From the NCBI GenBank assembly GCA_964648855.1, contig CAZYLT010000004.1:1-32000 (forward strand): a stretch of DNA of 32,000 nucleotides, in the 5' to 3' direction. Origin of the DNA: an uncultured archaeon. Lineage in GTDB: Archaea; Asgardarchaeota; Thorarchaeia; Thorarchaeales; Thorarchaeaceae. Position numbers and translations under genes: made by a program. The notes under the pieces are model-generated. The model did not search any database and was not told the origin of the DNA. It saw only the letters and a list, made by a program, of their open reading frames with translations. Position 1 is the first letter of the stretch, and the number at the start of each line of letters is the position of its first letter. Positions 1-9,246 of this stretch are shown piece after piece.

Positions 1-2
1 AT

Positions 3-3000
3 CCGGGAAACAGTACTTATCCTGACTTCAGGGTACGGCATCCGACCCTCCCCGAGCTAGACCTCATCGACATGCTCAGGGCTCATGTGGTGGAGCTGGT
101 CAGGCAATGCTTCGTCCACAATGTACCACGTAAGGAGTCGCATCGCTACATCCGTCTGTTGATACACAAGCTTGCTCCCTTTGTCGAGTGGAAGTACACC
201 GAGGAGCAACGGGGGCGGAAGGACTTTTGGCCCGATGCGGACCGAGAACTCAAGGACATCGTCACAGAGATACAGGCAATCTATGGACGGCGGATCGGCA
301 GGACGCCACGCCTGACACAGCAACTGGATGGTGTTCCCTCAAACGTGACAGTGAAGGTCTTCCAAGGCCAAACAACTGTAGCAGAGAAGCGCGACAAGTC
401 TGCAGAGATGAAGAAGACTGTTGCAGCCCTGAGAGCGCAAATCAAGAAGGGAAACATCACCGACCAAGATGCGCAGGTGTTTGTGGATGAGTTGACCCAA
501 AGAGCAGTACTGGAAGGCAACCGCTGGCACCGTTTTCTAGCCAACGGATTCTACCAACCCAACTCTCTGAGAGAGGTGGTATTCCATGGCGACAAGCATC
601 AGCGGGCATTGAGTGACATCCTGATCGCATCTGAAGTTCCAGTCCGTACAACTCTGGGTTCAGGTAAGGCAGACATTGTCGTCTTTCTCCGCCGGATGTT
701 GAATGATGAACCCCTCTGGATCCCCATCATGGTGCTGGACATCAAGACCAAGACTGCCATGGACTGGGCCCCTTTCAGCAAGCGACCACGCACCGAGAAC
801 GCGAATGCAAGAGTTCTAGTAACTGATATCTCCAAGCGTCCCCTGACCAAGAGGGAATGGACAGCGGCCATGAGAGGCGCCCTGCAGAAGACAAACCGAC
901 AACAGTTGAAGTACTACTCGGAGGGCATCCGTGCAGAACTACAGAGTATACTGAGTCATCCCGAGCTTGTGCCAAAGAAACTCTGGCAAGGGCTCATCAC
1001 AGTGGACACAAGTCAGAAGTATGACGAGATGACTGGGATGATCGAGTGGCTTGTCAGAGAGACCATTCAGGACTTGCGGAAGACACAGCAACCGGCACAG
1101 AGCCCAACCCTGTATCAGCCTGCAGGTGCAACATCAAAGAATGCTATTCCAAAGATTGCCCTTGTATTGGATAAACAACAGAACCCTTTGAAGCTTCTCG
1201 AGGATGGCTCACCTCTTCCCGAGCTAGTTCTAGAGGACCCATTTACCGAGCGTCAGAAGAACGACCGCTTCCTCACCCTCTACCTCACTGTTGCATCCCC
1301 TGTGTCATCGGGCGAGTCTGCAGCACATGTGGCACGGAACTGGCATCTGTTGCAGTATCTACAGGAGCTGGTTGATACCAGAGAGAGACCGAAGGTGATC
1401 TGGCTTGATTTATTGGGAGAGTATCCCACCATTGACTTGGCTCTATCACGCCTTCGAGTCACTGGCGCTCTCAGTCCTGATGGATTGGACCCAAGACAGA
1501 TGACTCAAATTCGAAACTTAGTCAGGAGCTTTAACTTTGTTGACCTGAGTGAGGAGATGGCAGGTCTCTTGGAGGGGACGGCATCAAAAGCTCTGGAACA
1601 GATAGAGAGAGATGTTCGAGGAGCCGTGGCTGAACAGGGAGATTGTCTGGTCATTGTGGTGGATGGCTGGCCAAGAGTGCGCGACTTGATGCCACCGCAT
1701 CGCAACCATCTCTTGAAAGTGCTTGAGAGAAGACTACTGGATTGGGTGCCACAGAGGAACTGTGAGGTCATCTGGCTGGATCGCCCTGTTCCACTACCAA
1801 CGACATCGTCTGTGTACCAGATGCACGAAGTGACACCCCTTCCCTATGACTCAGCCAGAAGGGAGGAGTTAGACACTATCATCTGGAACAAGCCCACATG
1901 CCCTCGGTTTGCAGGTTGGAGGGCGCCCATGCTGGAGTATCTTCGAGTGATCGAGGTTGACTTGCCAATATCCTCTGGTCCAAGCCAGGAACTCTTCGTG
2001 GTCCCACATCTTCATGGGTGGGGACGGAGATTCAGGGCTGACACACAGGACGACAGACGGCTCAGAGAAGAGGATGTCTGGGAATTGGTTCAGGGCCCCC
2101 GTTACGCAAGAGGACACGCTATGACAGATTCCTATGAATATAGCCTCTATGATGATGAGCTGAAGAATGACCTGCTACTTGAGGCACGGTGCCTCTCGCC
2201 ATCACTACTACGCCCACAGAATGCAAAGGACAAAGAAGGACAGGAGGTACTGAGAACGGATTTGTCATCTGACGATATTAAATTGCATCGTACGCAGTTA
2301 CCAAAGAGCACCAAGAAAACAACCATTCTTGACAGGGTGCGTTTTCAACCAGGAGATGACCCCCCAAGAAGAAACCGATGGAGTGATGACCCTAATAGGG
2401 GATACTCCTTGGCGAAAGACATAACCAGAGCTAAGGTTCATCGTGAGGAGTCCGAACCCCCTGTGAATCCACGACGTACAGTTCGCCCTCCACTCATTGG
2501 TTCCGCATCTGCAGAGATTGACACCAGTAAAACGAGACTGAGCGAGATATCCCGGATCAAGGAGGCATGTCGGGTCGTCTTTGATGTAGTTGACGAACTA
2601 GATGCGGATTACTGGATGTTCATGAAGAGGGTGATGGACCGATGTTCGCATGCGCTTGATGCCCCGGAAGATCACGACAATCATGCGGTCTTAAAGGAGG
2701 TACGCGATGAACTGTCTTCCAGAAAGGAGTCAAGGGGGCTTTGGTGGGCTCTCCGCAACCTTCGTAAAGAAACCTTCGTCAGTGGGGGACTTCCATTGAC
2801 TGTGCAGAAGTTCCTAAGTGAGGCCTTGAAATCCCAGCTGGATCTATGGGAACTCTATGGTAATGATATCTTCATTCTGTTGCTGGGTCTTGAGTGGACC
2901 GGACATGATCTTCAAGCGGTCCATGTACAGACACTATGGAGGGCGTACGCGGAGTGGCAGTATGTCCACCTTGGACTGAAGCCAAGGGCACAACCAGACT

Positions 3001-3101
3001 ACATGGCGGAGCTGTTCTATGATGCGGATGCAATATTTTTGGATATGAGTGAACGGGCATCTCAATTGACAAACATCTTGCTACCGGAGAGAGTGGTCTA
3101 G
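3..3101 (+). CDS. Large protein (5'-partial): PD-(D/E)XK nuclease-like domain followed by a degenerate RecA/RadB-like P-loop domain; in frame with the next ORF across a single TAG
   Basis: Frame is open from window position 3 to the ATG at 72, so the true start may lie outside the window. Nuclease-like motifs: SEVPV, ADIVV, LDIKT, QLKYY. ATPase-fold-like motifs: ASPVSSGES, VIWLDLLGE, LVIVVDGW. Confidence 0.7.
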   Translation, partial: PGNSTYPDFRVRHPTLPELDLIDMLRAHVVELVRQCFVHNVPRKESHRYIRLLIHKLAPFVEWKYTEEQRGRKDFWPDADRELKDIVTEIQAIYGRRIGRTPRLTQQLDGVPSNVTVKVFQGQTTVAEKRDKSAEMKKTVAALRAQIKKGNITDQDAQVFVDELTQRAVLEGNRWHRFLANGFYQPNSLREVVFHGDKHQRALSDILIASEVPVRTTLGSGKADIVVFLRRMLNDEPLWIPIMVLDIKTKTAMDWAPFSKRPRTENANARVLVTDISKRPLTKREWTAAMRGALQKTNRQQLKYYSEGIRAELQSILSHPELVPKKLWQGLITVDTSQKYDEMTGMIEWLVRETIQDLRKTQQPAQSPTLYQPAGATSKNAIPKIALVLDKQQNPLKLLEDGSPLPELVLEDPFTERQKNDRFLTLYLTVASPVSSGESAAHVARNWHLLQYLQELVDTRERPKVIWLDLLGEYPTIDLALSRLRVTGALSPDGLDPRQMTQIRNLVRSFNFVDLSEEMAGLLEGTASKALEQIERDVRGAVAEQGDCLVIVVDGWPRVRDLMPPHRNHLLKVLERRLLDWVPQRNCEVIWLDRPVPLPTTSSVYQMHEVTPLPYDSARREELDTIIWNKPTCPRFAGWRAPMLEYLRVIEVDLPISSGPSQELFVVPHLHGWGRRFRADTQDDRRLREEDVWELVQGPRYARGHAMTDSYEYSLYDDELKNDLLLEARCLSPSLLRPQNAKDKEGQEVLRTDLSSDDIKLHRTQLPKSTKKTTILDRVRFQPGDDPPRRNRWSDDPNRGYSLAKDITRAKVHREESEPPVNPRRTVRPPLIGSASAEIDTSKTRLSEISRIKEACRVVFDVVDELDADYWMFMKRVMDRCSHALDAPEDHDNHAVLKEVRDELSSRKESRGLWWALRNLRKETFVSGGLPLTVQKFLSEALKSQLDLWELYGNDIFILLLGLEWTGHDLQAVHVQTLWRAYAEWQYVHLGLKPRAQPDYMAELFYDADAIFLDMSERASQLTNILLPERVV

Positions 3102-3119
3102 AAGCAAAGATCAGGTCTT

Positions 3120-4259
3120 TTGATGAGCACTGAGGGAAAGAAGGACTGGCTGGTGGTGCAGGAGGAGCTGGGAAGCAATCAGATGCTCATTGCGGTCACG
3201 GAGGAGTTAGAGGGGGAACCTCTTCAGCAGCGATTCTATGACTGCATGCGCAATCCCACTGAGTTTTCATCATCATGGAGTGGTGTTGACCACATCTGGG
3301 ACACTCAGCTCTTTATTCTGACCAGAGTGCAGGACAAGGACATCCTGTGGACATACCACTCTGATGAATATGAGATGGGGTACTGGTGGCCTGAAGGAGT
3401 CTTCACGTATGGGGAACCACCCAAGGACCAACTGGGACCGGTTCGATGGTTCAAGCTTAGGTCGATACCAAGTGAACTAAGGGACGAGTTACAAGAGCTG
3501 GACCTTGTTCCTGATGCGGACGAACTCATGGGATTTGTAGAAGAGAGCATGCAGTCGCTTATGGAAATGGTCGAGGGGGTCATCAACGTCAAGTGTTTGG
3601 CCACCATCGATGAAGAAGAAGGCTGTTATGTGCTGGAGCTCCATAAGAACATAAACAAGTCTGACTCAGAGCGAGGGAGACCACTCAAGAGGGTCACAAT
3701 GAAAAAGACTTTAGACGTCATCAGACAGCTCAGGTCGCCAGGGATTACCGGAGAGCCGTTGGATGGAGAATACTGGTGGGACCACCGAAGTGATGTCCTT
3801 TATGATGAGGTTGAGGTGGCCACGGGGGTACTCTCTTTGAGTTTCCTGAAACCCTTTGTCCTCAGAAACAGATGGTGGTCCGAGTTTCTAAGAGGTATTC
3901 CTCTTCCTGATATGGCGACGGACCTGCTTAGCACGAAACAGGGACCTGCGATATCTATAGTAGCAGATCCGGACTTGGAACGAATGAAGAGTGCCAGGAG
4001 TCGGTACTGGAATATCTTGTTCCTTGGAGATGAGCAGAGTTACCTGATGTGGTCTCTGTCAAAATTAGACCTGAATATCATCGAGGCGGCTCAGTTCTTT
4101 GAGGGGAGGCAGTTCGTTGATATGTCCACAGGGATACGGCATCCAACCAAGGTAGCTGTCAACAGACTCAAGGACGTCAATCTTCCCACGGAGACTCTCA
4201 AATATCGGCGACTTGCAAAATGGCTACAACTCAGGGGTTATGCCGCAAAGTGGAGCTGA
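3120..4259 (+). CDS. Acidic hypothetical protein, probably the C-terminal part of the upstream large protein
   Basis: 379-aa ORF in the same frame as 72..3101; only TAG plus 6 sense codons (KQRSGL) separate them; no clear SD before the TTG/ATG. Confidence 0.65.
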   Translation: MMSTEGKKDWLVVQEELGSNQMLIAVTEELEGEPLQQRFYDCMRNPTEFSSSWSGVDHIWDTQLFILTRVQDKDILWTYHSDEYEMGYWWPEGVFTYGEPPKDQLGPVRWFKLRSIPSELRDELQELDLVPDADELMGFVEESMQSLMEMVEGVINVKCLATIDEEEGCYVLELHKNINKSDSERGRPLKRVTMKKTLDVIRQLRSPGITGEPLDGEYWWDHRSDVLYDEVEVATGVLSLSFLKPFVLRNRWWSEFLRGIPLPDMATDLLSTKQGPAISIVADPDLERMKSARSRYWNILFLGDEQSYLMWSLSKLDLNIIEAAQFFEGRQFVDMSTGIRHPTKVAVNRLKDVNLPTETLKYRRLAKWLQLRGYAAKWS

Positions 4260-4292
4260 TTTTATAGGCACTCATTCCTCTGGAATATCATT

Positions 4293-4562
4293 GTGGACCC
4301 CGATGCCAACGCAGACGATGCGCCCCGGGAAATCAAGCGACTGGTTAGATTCTATGTAATCTTGTTCTACATGGGCATTGCAGTACTCTTCGGTGTACCC
4401 TTCGCACCATAACTGCCGATACTGTTTCCTATCATTCCAAGTGGAGAGGTTACGTGGACCTTAGACCTTCCGTCCTTTTTCCTGGGGTCGGTTTTTGTAA
4501 TGTCACCAGCAGCGCTCATTGCTGTGGAGATCCATCTGAGATTGAATGAGGTTACCTCCTGA
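4293..4562 (+). pseudogene. Small two-TM membrane protein interrupted by an in-frame TAA (4410-4412)
   Basis: Manual translation: VDPDANADDAPREIKRLVRFYVILFYMGIAVLFGVPFAP*LPILFPIIPSGEVTWTLDLPSFFLGSVFVMSPAALIAVEIHLRLNEVTS*. Hydrophobic segments lie on both sides of the stop. Confidence 0.5.
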
Positions 4563-4761
4563 ATTGAATGAATCCTCTCTTTGGAGATGTCAGTCGGCCC
4601 TCATCGATCATCTTCTTCACAGTTGATTTTGCGAGTTTCTTGGGCATATCTTGAAAGACTGCGAGACTAATAACCCTCTTCTTTCTTACCGGTTCCTGTT
4701 CAGTAACCTGAAGGCCCTGGAGAATATTCAGAATGAATTTGTCAGCTGTACCGGACCAACG

Positions 4762-5415
4762 TTACATCAAGTTGAACGGTTGCATCGGGATGAGTTCTTG
4801 GGGACTGGGAAGGCCGATGAGGGCAAACTTCACCATCATTTTACTAACATCTATCCCCTCCTCAGTAGGCTCAGACCCCGCGACAAGCCCCTCAGCGACT
4901 CTTCGAGCGGTCTCCGCCTTTCTGTATAGCCCCGCCATCAATAGGCATCTCATAATTCCTCTCCAGCCCTCCACATCCTCGGAGTCTCCCCGGATGATTG
5001 TTGAATACACCATATAGGATTTGTCAAAGACAAATTGGTGAAACCACGCCTTTCCCTTAAGGTGCAGATACTCCAAGTTCTCGGGCACCTCTTCCGTGAA
5101 ATACTCCTTAGGGAGCCTTCCTCCGTACTCCTTCGCCATTTCTTCAAAATGATCATCTACAAGTTCAATCGCCTTGTTGTAGAAGTCGTTTGCCTGAAAG
5201 TACAGTGATTGGGCGAGGTTGAAGTATGCATTCGGATATTCGTGTTTTCTGACAGCCTCCCTGAAACGCATCTCGGCAGCATATGAATCTCCCAACTTTG
5301 CCAGCTCAACCCCCTCAAAGAAAGGACGGAAGACCTCGTCAAAATCCAGGAATATCTCCGCTAGGTCTGGATTCTTCCTCCACTCTTCATATCCATCTCT
5401 GTCATCTTCTGCCAT
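4762..5415 (-). CDS. Tetratricopeptide-repeat-like protein
   Basis: TPR-like helices AAEMRFREAVRKHEYPNAYFNLAQSLY and VEGWRGIMRCLLMAGLYRKAE; ATG at 5415 preceded by GAGGGA (ORF track starts at 5472). Confidence 0.7.
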   Translation of the reverse strand: MAEDDRDGYEEWRKNPDLAEIFLDFDEVFRPFFEGVELAKLGDSYAAEMRFREAVRKHEYPNAYFNLAQSLYFQANDFYNKAIELVDDHFEEMAKEYGGRLPKEYFTEEVPENLEYLHLKGKAWFHQFVFDKSYMVYSTIIRGDSEDVEGWRGIMRCLLMAGLYRKAETARRVAEGLVAGSEPTEEGIDVSKMMVKFALIGLPSPQELIPMQPFNLM

Positions 5416-5610
5416 TTTTATTCCCTCAATATATCCTGAATCTCCCTCAAATTCTGTGCCACACGCTTCCACTTATTGGTGATCACAAGATAGGTCCGCG
5501 GACGGGCGCCTTTCTCTGTTTCTTTTTGACTTAGTCTCTGTTTCCCGAGATTCTCTCTAACTTCCATGATGGAATCAAGGCTGATTTCTGCTTTCTAGTT
5601 ACACAAGATG

Positions 5611-5647
5611 AAATAAAAAAAAAGCGAGAAACATATGCTTCTCGCTT
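5611..5647 (-). terminator. Hairpin plus U-tract terminator after the secreted-protein gene
   Basis: Minus strand reads AAGCGAGAAG-CATATG-TTTCTCGC followed by T9, directly after the stop at 5653. Confidence 0.75.
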
Positions 5648-5652
5648 ATTGA

Positions 5653-6345
5653 TTATCTAAAAAACCTCCAGGAAATTGAGTGTGTGTCCCAGTCTGCATC
5701 GCCCTGTTGTTGGGTGGTCTTATAAAAGTCCGAATTCATGTATAGTCCACAACGTACCCATACTCCTACGTAATACCAGTTGGATGTTGAGAACTCATAG
5801 TAGTCTTCATAGTCGGTACCGTCGTAAAGCTCCTTATATGCAGTTGTTGAATCCCAATCTTGGTTATCCTTATAGCCCCATGAAACGCTATCACCATCGG
5901 TGTAAGAACTCCATCCTCGTCTTACTGGAGGATTCTGTCCCATATCAACCACCACATACTGAACCGTCCAACTTGCAGAAGCACCAAATGCAGCACTAAT
6001 TGCATATTGGAAATCGGCATCAATGCTTAGTTCCAGATATTTGTACGTACTGTCAGCAGGTTTGACCTTAATAAGACAGTAGAAGTCTACATACTGGGCA
6101 AGTCCCATATCCATATGGCCATGGATATCAAGATCTCCCTTATACTCATCGACATCAACGGTGGTCCAGATTGTGGAGCTATATCCACTTACAACAAAAG
6201 CAACCATTTTGGAATTTCCCGAGTATATTGTTCCTGTGCGCGCCTGAGTTCCTGGAGGGTCATGTAACGCCTCTACAGGATTCAGCAATCCGAGCATCAA
6301 AACAAGGATGCCCATAGCTAGCGCTATTCGCATTCTTTTTTTCAT
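5653..6345 (-). CDS. Secreted/surface protein, Tyr/Asp/Ser-rich, likely beta-sandwich
   Basis: Classical signal peptide MKKRMRIALAMGILVLMLGLLNPVEA; GAGGTGGGGGGA upstream. Confidence 0.8.
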   Translation of the reverse strand: MKKRMRIALAMGILVLMLGLLNPVEALHDPPGTQARTGTIYSGNSKMVAFVVSGYSSTIWTTVDVDEYKGDLDIHGHMDMGLAQYVDFYCLIKVKPADSTYKYLELSIDADFQYAISAAFGASASWTVQYVVVDMGQNPPVRRGWSSYTDGDSVSWGYKDNQDWDSTTAYKELYDGTDYEDYYEFSTSNWYYVGVWVRCGLYMNSDFYKTTQQQGDADWDTHSISWRFFR

Positions 6346-6357
6346 GTTATTATCCCC

Positions 6358-6408
6358 CCACCTCGCGTGTGAGCGTCCTCAATTCGCCCCTTCTTCCACA
6401 CGAGATGG
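6358..6408 (-). promoter_or_regulatory. Structured 5' leader overlapping the SD of the secreted-protein gene
   Basis: CCATCTCG pairs with CGAGGTGG, TGTG with CACA, and GGCG with CGCT; the element is GC-rich inside an AT-rich intergenic region. Confidence 0.45.
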
Positions 6409-6682
6409 CACAGATTATATTAGCTCTATCCTATTTATTTCTTCTTAACTATTTAGCAAACAAAAATTAAAGTTATGCGCCATTTTAATAGTTTAATCAC
6501 TTCAACCCGCATAATAATACTAAATTAGTGTTCTAATGAAATCAAATCTTAATATACCTGCCAACATAATCTTTTCTGCAAATATACTTCAATCTATTAA
6601 CCTCTGCAAGCTGTCCAATATCCGCTCAAATGACCAAAGCTATATAAACAAACGCAAAACAGCTGAACGAGAGGGTGTATTC

Positions 6683-7816
6683 GTGAGAGAGTACTATACC
6701 GTGCTTCTACTTTTTCTAGTCTTCTTGGTCTTAATTCCCAATGCTAGCGCGAAATGTCAAGACCTGCAATGGGGTGTGGAAGAAGGATATACCAAACGTT
6801 ACGACATCATCGAACGACATTGGGGCGAAGAAACGGGTACGCTGATGATGATTCTAACCATCAAGGGATTACCTAGCTTTTCAAATGAAATAGTAAATTG
6901 GAGTCAGATCCCTTCTCCAGAGATCAGCATCGAATTAGAGAATGGGACAGAGCTAACAAGTTGGAGAGGCTTGTTTCCCGCTCTCCCGACATTTGTGCTT
7001 CCCACCGGAAATTGGAGTTTGATCACTGAACTTGCAGAAGCTAATTCGTCAGATTGGGAAGTTGACTATGATTCGGGTCAAGACTTCTGGCAATTGAATA
7101 TCGAATCCAATGAAACCAACAGCGATTGGCGTGCCAGCATCGACTACTCCCAAAGTGAGGGCATCTTGTGGAATTACCATTGGAGCCAGTATGCCCCGGG
7201 GTCTGGAGAAAATATTCAAGAAGTCATAATTAATGCGTATTACGAACGCGATTATACACCATTTTTCTTGTTCTTTGGCGGATATCTATCAATCTTTGCT
7301 GTCACAGCGATTGTACTCGTCCATAGAGTAAGGAAAGCAACACCTTATAGAATAGACCCGGCAGATGAAGAATACCCCAATGTGCAAGAGCGCATGGCAG
7401 TATTAACAGTTATTGCTTTATTCACACCATATGTGATTGTGCAAGGTGCATATGTGAATATATCGGCTGTCCTCTGGCAGGCTAACTTCAGTCTTACTTC
7501 CTTTTGGTTCTCTTTCGTTGACGCATTCACATTGGTCTTTCTCTCTCTCTTTACCTTTCCGCGGTACCTCTTTCTCTATCAGGTCTATCGTTTCTATACC
7601 GGAAAAACGACATTTAATCGTGCAATGTGGTGGGGGATATTCAGCATCATCTACTCTACAGCTCTCTTTTTGATATGGATGTTCAGTACGAAATCTGCTA
7701 TATTCATACATACCCCACTATTGATTCTCGCCGGCTACCTGCTGATGAGGAGAGAACCTAGGATTCAAAGTACAGACTGGTTAGAAGGCAAAGACGCCCA
7801 ATCCGGACAGGTATAA
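6683..7816 (+). CDS. Membrane protein: signal peptide, extracellular domain and about 5 C-terminal TM helices
   Basis: GTG at 6683 with GAGGGTG SD and TATATAAA about 40 nt upstream; hydrophobic N-terminus ending NASA; several TM segments after residue ~190. Confidence 0.8.
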   Translation: MREYYTVLLLFLVFLVLIPNASAKCQDLQWGVEEGYTKRYDIIERHWGEETGTLMMILTIKGLPSFSNEIVNWSQIPSPEISIELENGTELTSWRGLFPALPTFVLPTGNWSLITELAEANSSDWEVDYDSGQDFWQLNIESNETNSDWRASIDYSQSEGILWNYHWSQYAPGSGENIQEVIINAYYERDYTPFFLFFGGYLSIFAVTAIVLVHRVRKATPYRIDPADEEYPNVQERMAVLTVIALFTPYVIVQGAYVNISAVLWQANFSLTSFWFSFVDAFTLVFLSLFTFPRYLFLYQVYRFYTGKTTFNRAMWWGIFSIIYSTALFLIWMFSTKSAIFIHTPLLILAGYLLMRREPRIQSTDWLEGKDAQSGQV

Positions 7817-7907
7817 TGACAACACAACCGCAACCTTTCCAAGGTTAAAATCACACGAGTACTAACGAACAATCATTCCAGCTGCCCATTGAGAGTAGGC
7901 ATGCAAG

Positions 7908-8138
7908 ATGAACATGAAGAAGCTGGAACGGATAGCACGACAGGCTCGGATCGATGCACTGAATGCGCTCCAGGAGCTGGTCATGCAGTTCCTGTCAGAG
8001 GGCAGGGACCTAGACGAGTTTGGACGCGACCTGAGAAAGATTCTCGAATACGAGATGGACCTGGCTGCGGATGAGAAATTAACTACCTGGAACTCCAGAA
8101 CGAGCGCCGATAGGACGATATGCCTTTCCAGTGGTTAA
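7908..8138 (+). CDS. Small helical hypothetical protein
   Basis: Amphipathic, protein-like composition (MKKLERIARQARIDALNALQELV...); the C-terminus may be degraded. Confidence 0.5.
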   Translation: MNMKKLERIARQARIDALNALQELVMQFLSEGRDLDEFGRDLRKILEYEMDLAADEKLTTWNSRTSADRTICLSSG

Positions 8139-8193
8139 GTGATTCTTCTGACCAATTCCGGACCCATTTGCATGGGGACCTGAACTGTTCTAA

Positions 8194-8403
8194 TCATCCT
8201 CTTTCTGTGATCCACAGGAAGATCGCACATGCAATCGCAAATAGACCTCCTCCAATTCATATACCGCCTGGTCCCAATAGCAATGTTCCTCCACCAATGA
8301 ATATCAGGCTAAGGACGAAGATGACGATTCCCTGAGTATACCGTTTGTTCTTGATGGCTTGCGCTTCACGCTCTTTTCTATCCTGTCCTATTCGTCTTGG
8401 CAT
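8194..8403 (-). pseudogene. Small two-TM membrane protein interrupted by an in-frame TGA (8257-8259)
   Basis: MPRRIGQDRKEREAQAIKNKRYTQGIVIFVLSLIFIGGGTLLLGPGGI*IGGGLFAIACAIFLWITERG*; GGAGGG SD before the ATG at 8403. Confidence 0.55.
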
Positions 8404-8744
8404 GTCTCGCCCTCCATTTATCAACTTGATTAGGATACATAGGATAAGGTAGAGACCAATACCTCTTCTGGAGATAAATAGACATGAGAATCTGGAGTAA
8501 ATTCTAGCTGGGAAGGCGCTTGACATTTCAGCAAGCTCCTGAGTTCCCATGACAAGACCGGAGCGACCTTGCCCAACTCATTCTTAGATGCAATCCCCCC
8601 TCGAACTTCTAGGTGTGAAAGGTTTCTTCTCTCCATCTGTCCAAAGACTGCTCACACTTGAAATAATCCGTGATGTGCCTTTGATAGAAGAAGCAGCTAA
8701 GAGCAGAGGATGGTATGAAGACTTTTATTAATCGCCACTTTTTC

Positions 8745-8903
8745 TCACTCTTTCAGGTGTACCCACCCATTGCACTTTGGATGGAACAGCCACCAGTTGA
8801 GTGCGTCCGGTGCCACTCGGAGCTTGACTCCGCAGTCCTTGTTTGCACAGGTGTGTTTTCCCTGCTTCCATGGCGTTCCACACACCGGACAGAACTCGAC
8901 CAT
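8745..8903 (-). CDS. Small zinc-ribbon (CPxCG) protein
   Basis: MVEFCPVCG...HTCANKDCG...HPKCNGWVH; the frame is open further upstream to 9125. Confidence 0.6.
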   Translation of the reverse strand: MVEFCPVCGTPWKQGKHTCANKDCGVKLRVAPDALNWWLFHPKCNGWVHLKE

Positions 8904-9246
8904 ATTATGAATCCGGTGATGATATTCACATGTGCACTTTTTGGATGGGTAATATTTGCCGGAGCTACTAACTTCCTCGCCAGCAATGTTGTCGCATTTA
9001 TTACTTTGAACGAAGTTATTCTCTTTTTGGCATATCTGGCTCAAGCATACTTGTTTGTTAGAAGGATAGACCTCATTCCGACTGTTCGGGATACTGAAGA
9101 AGTATTGTCTCTGCTGTTGATACACCGGTTTGTTGATCTCTCAGGTCGGTGCGTAGACTCAATAAGAGGGAAATCTGACACATATCTGACACTTTTATTA
9201 GACAATTTAACTAGAAAAAGGGGGGTGTTATATCGCTCCGGAAGTA

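Noticed and set aside
8257-8259. In-frame TGA as selenocysteine
   Set aside because: It lies between two TM helices with no redox motif and no evident SECIS; a TGG-to-TGA nonsense change is simpler.
1-8700. Alternative genetic code in the island
   Set aside because: The interruptions use three different stop codons, once each, which does not fit a single reassignment.
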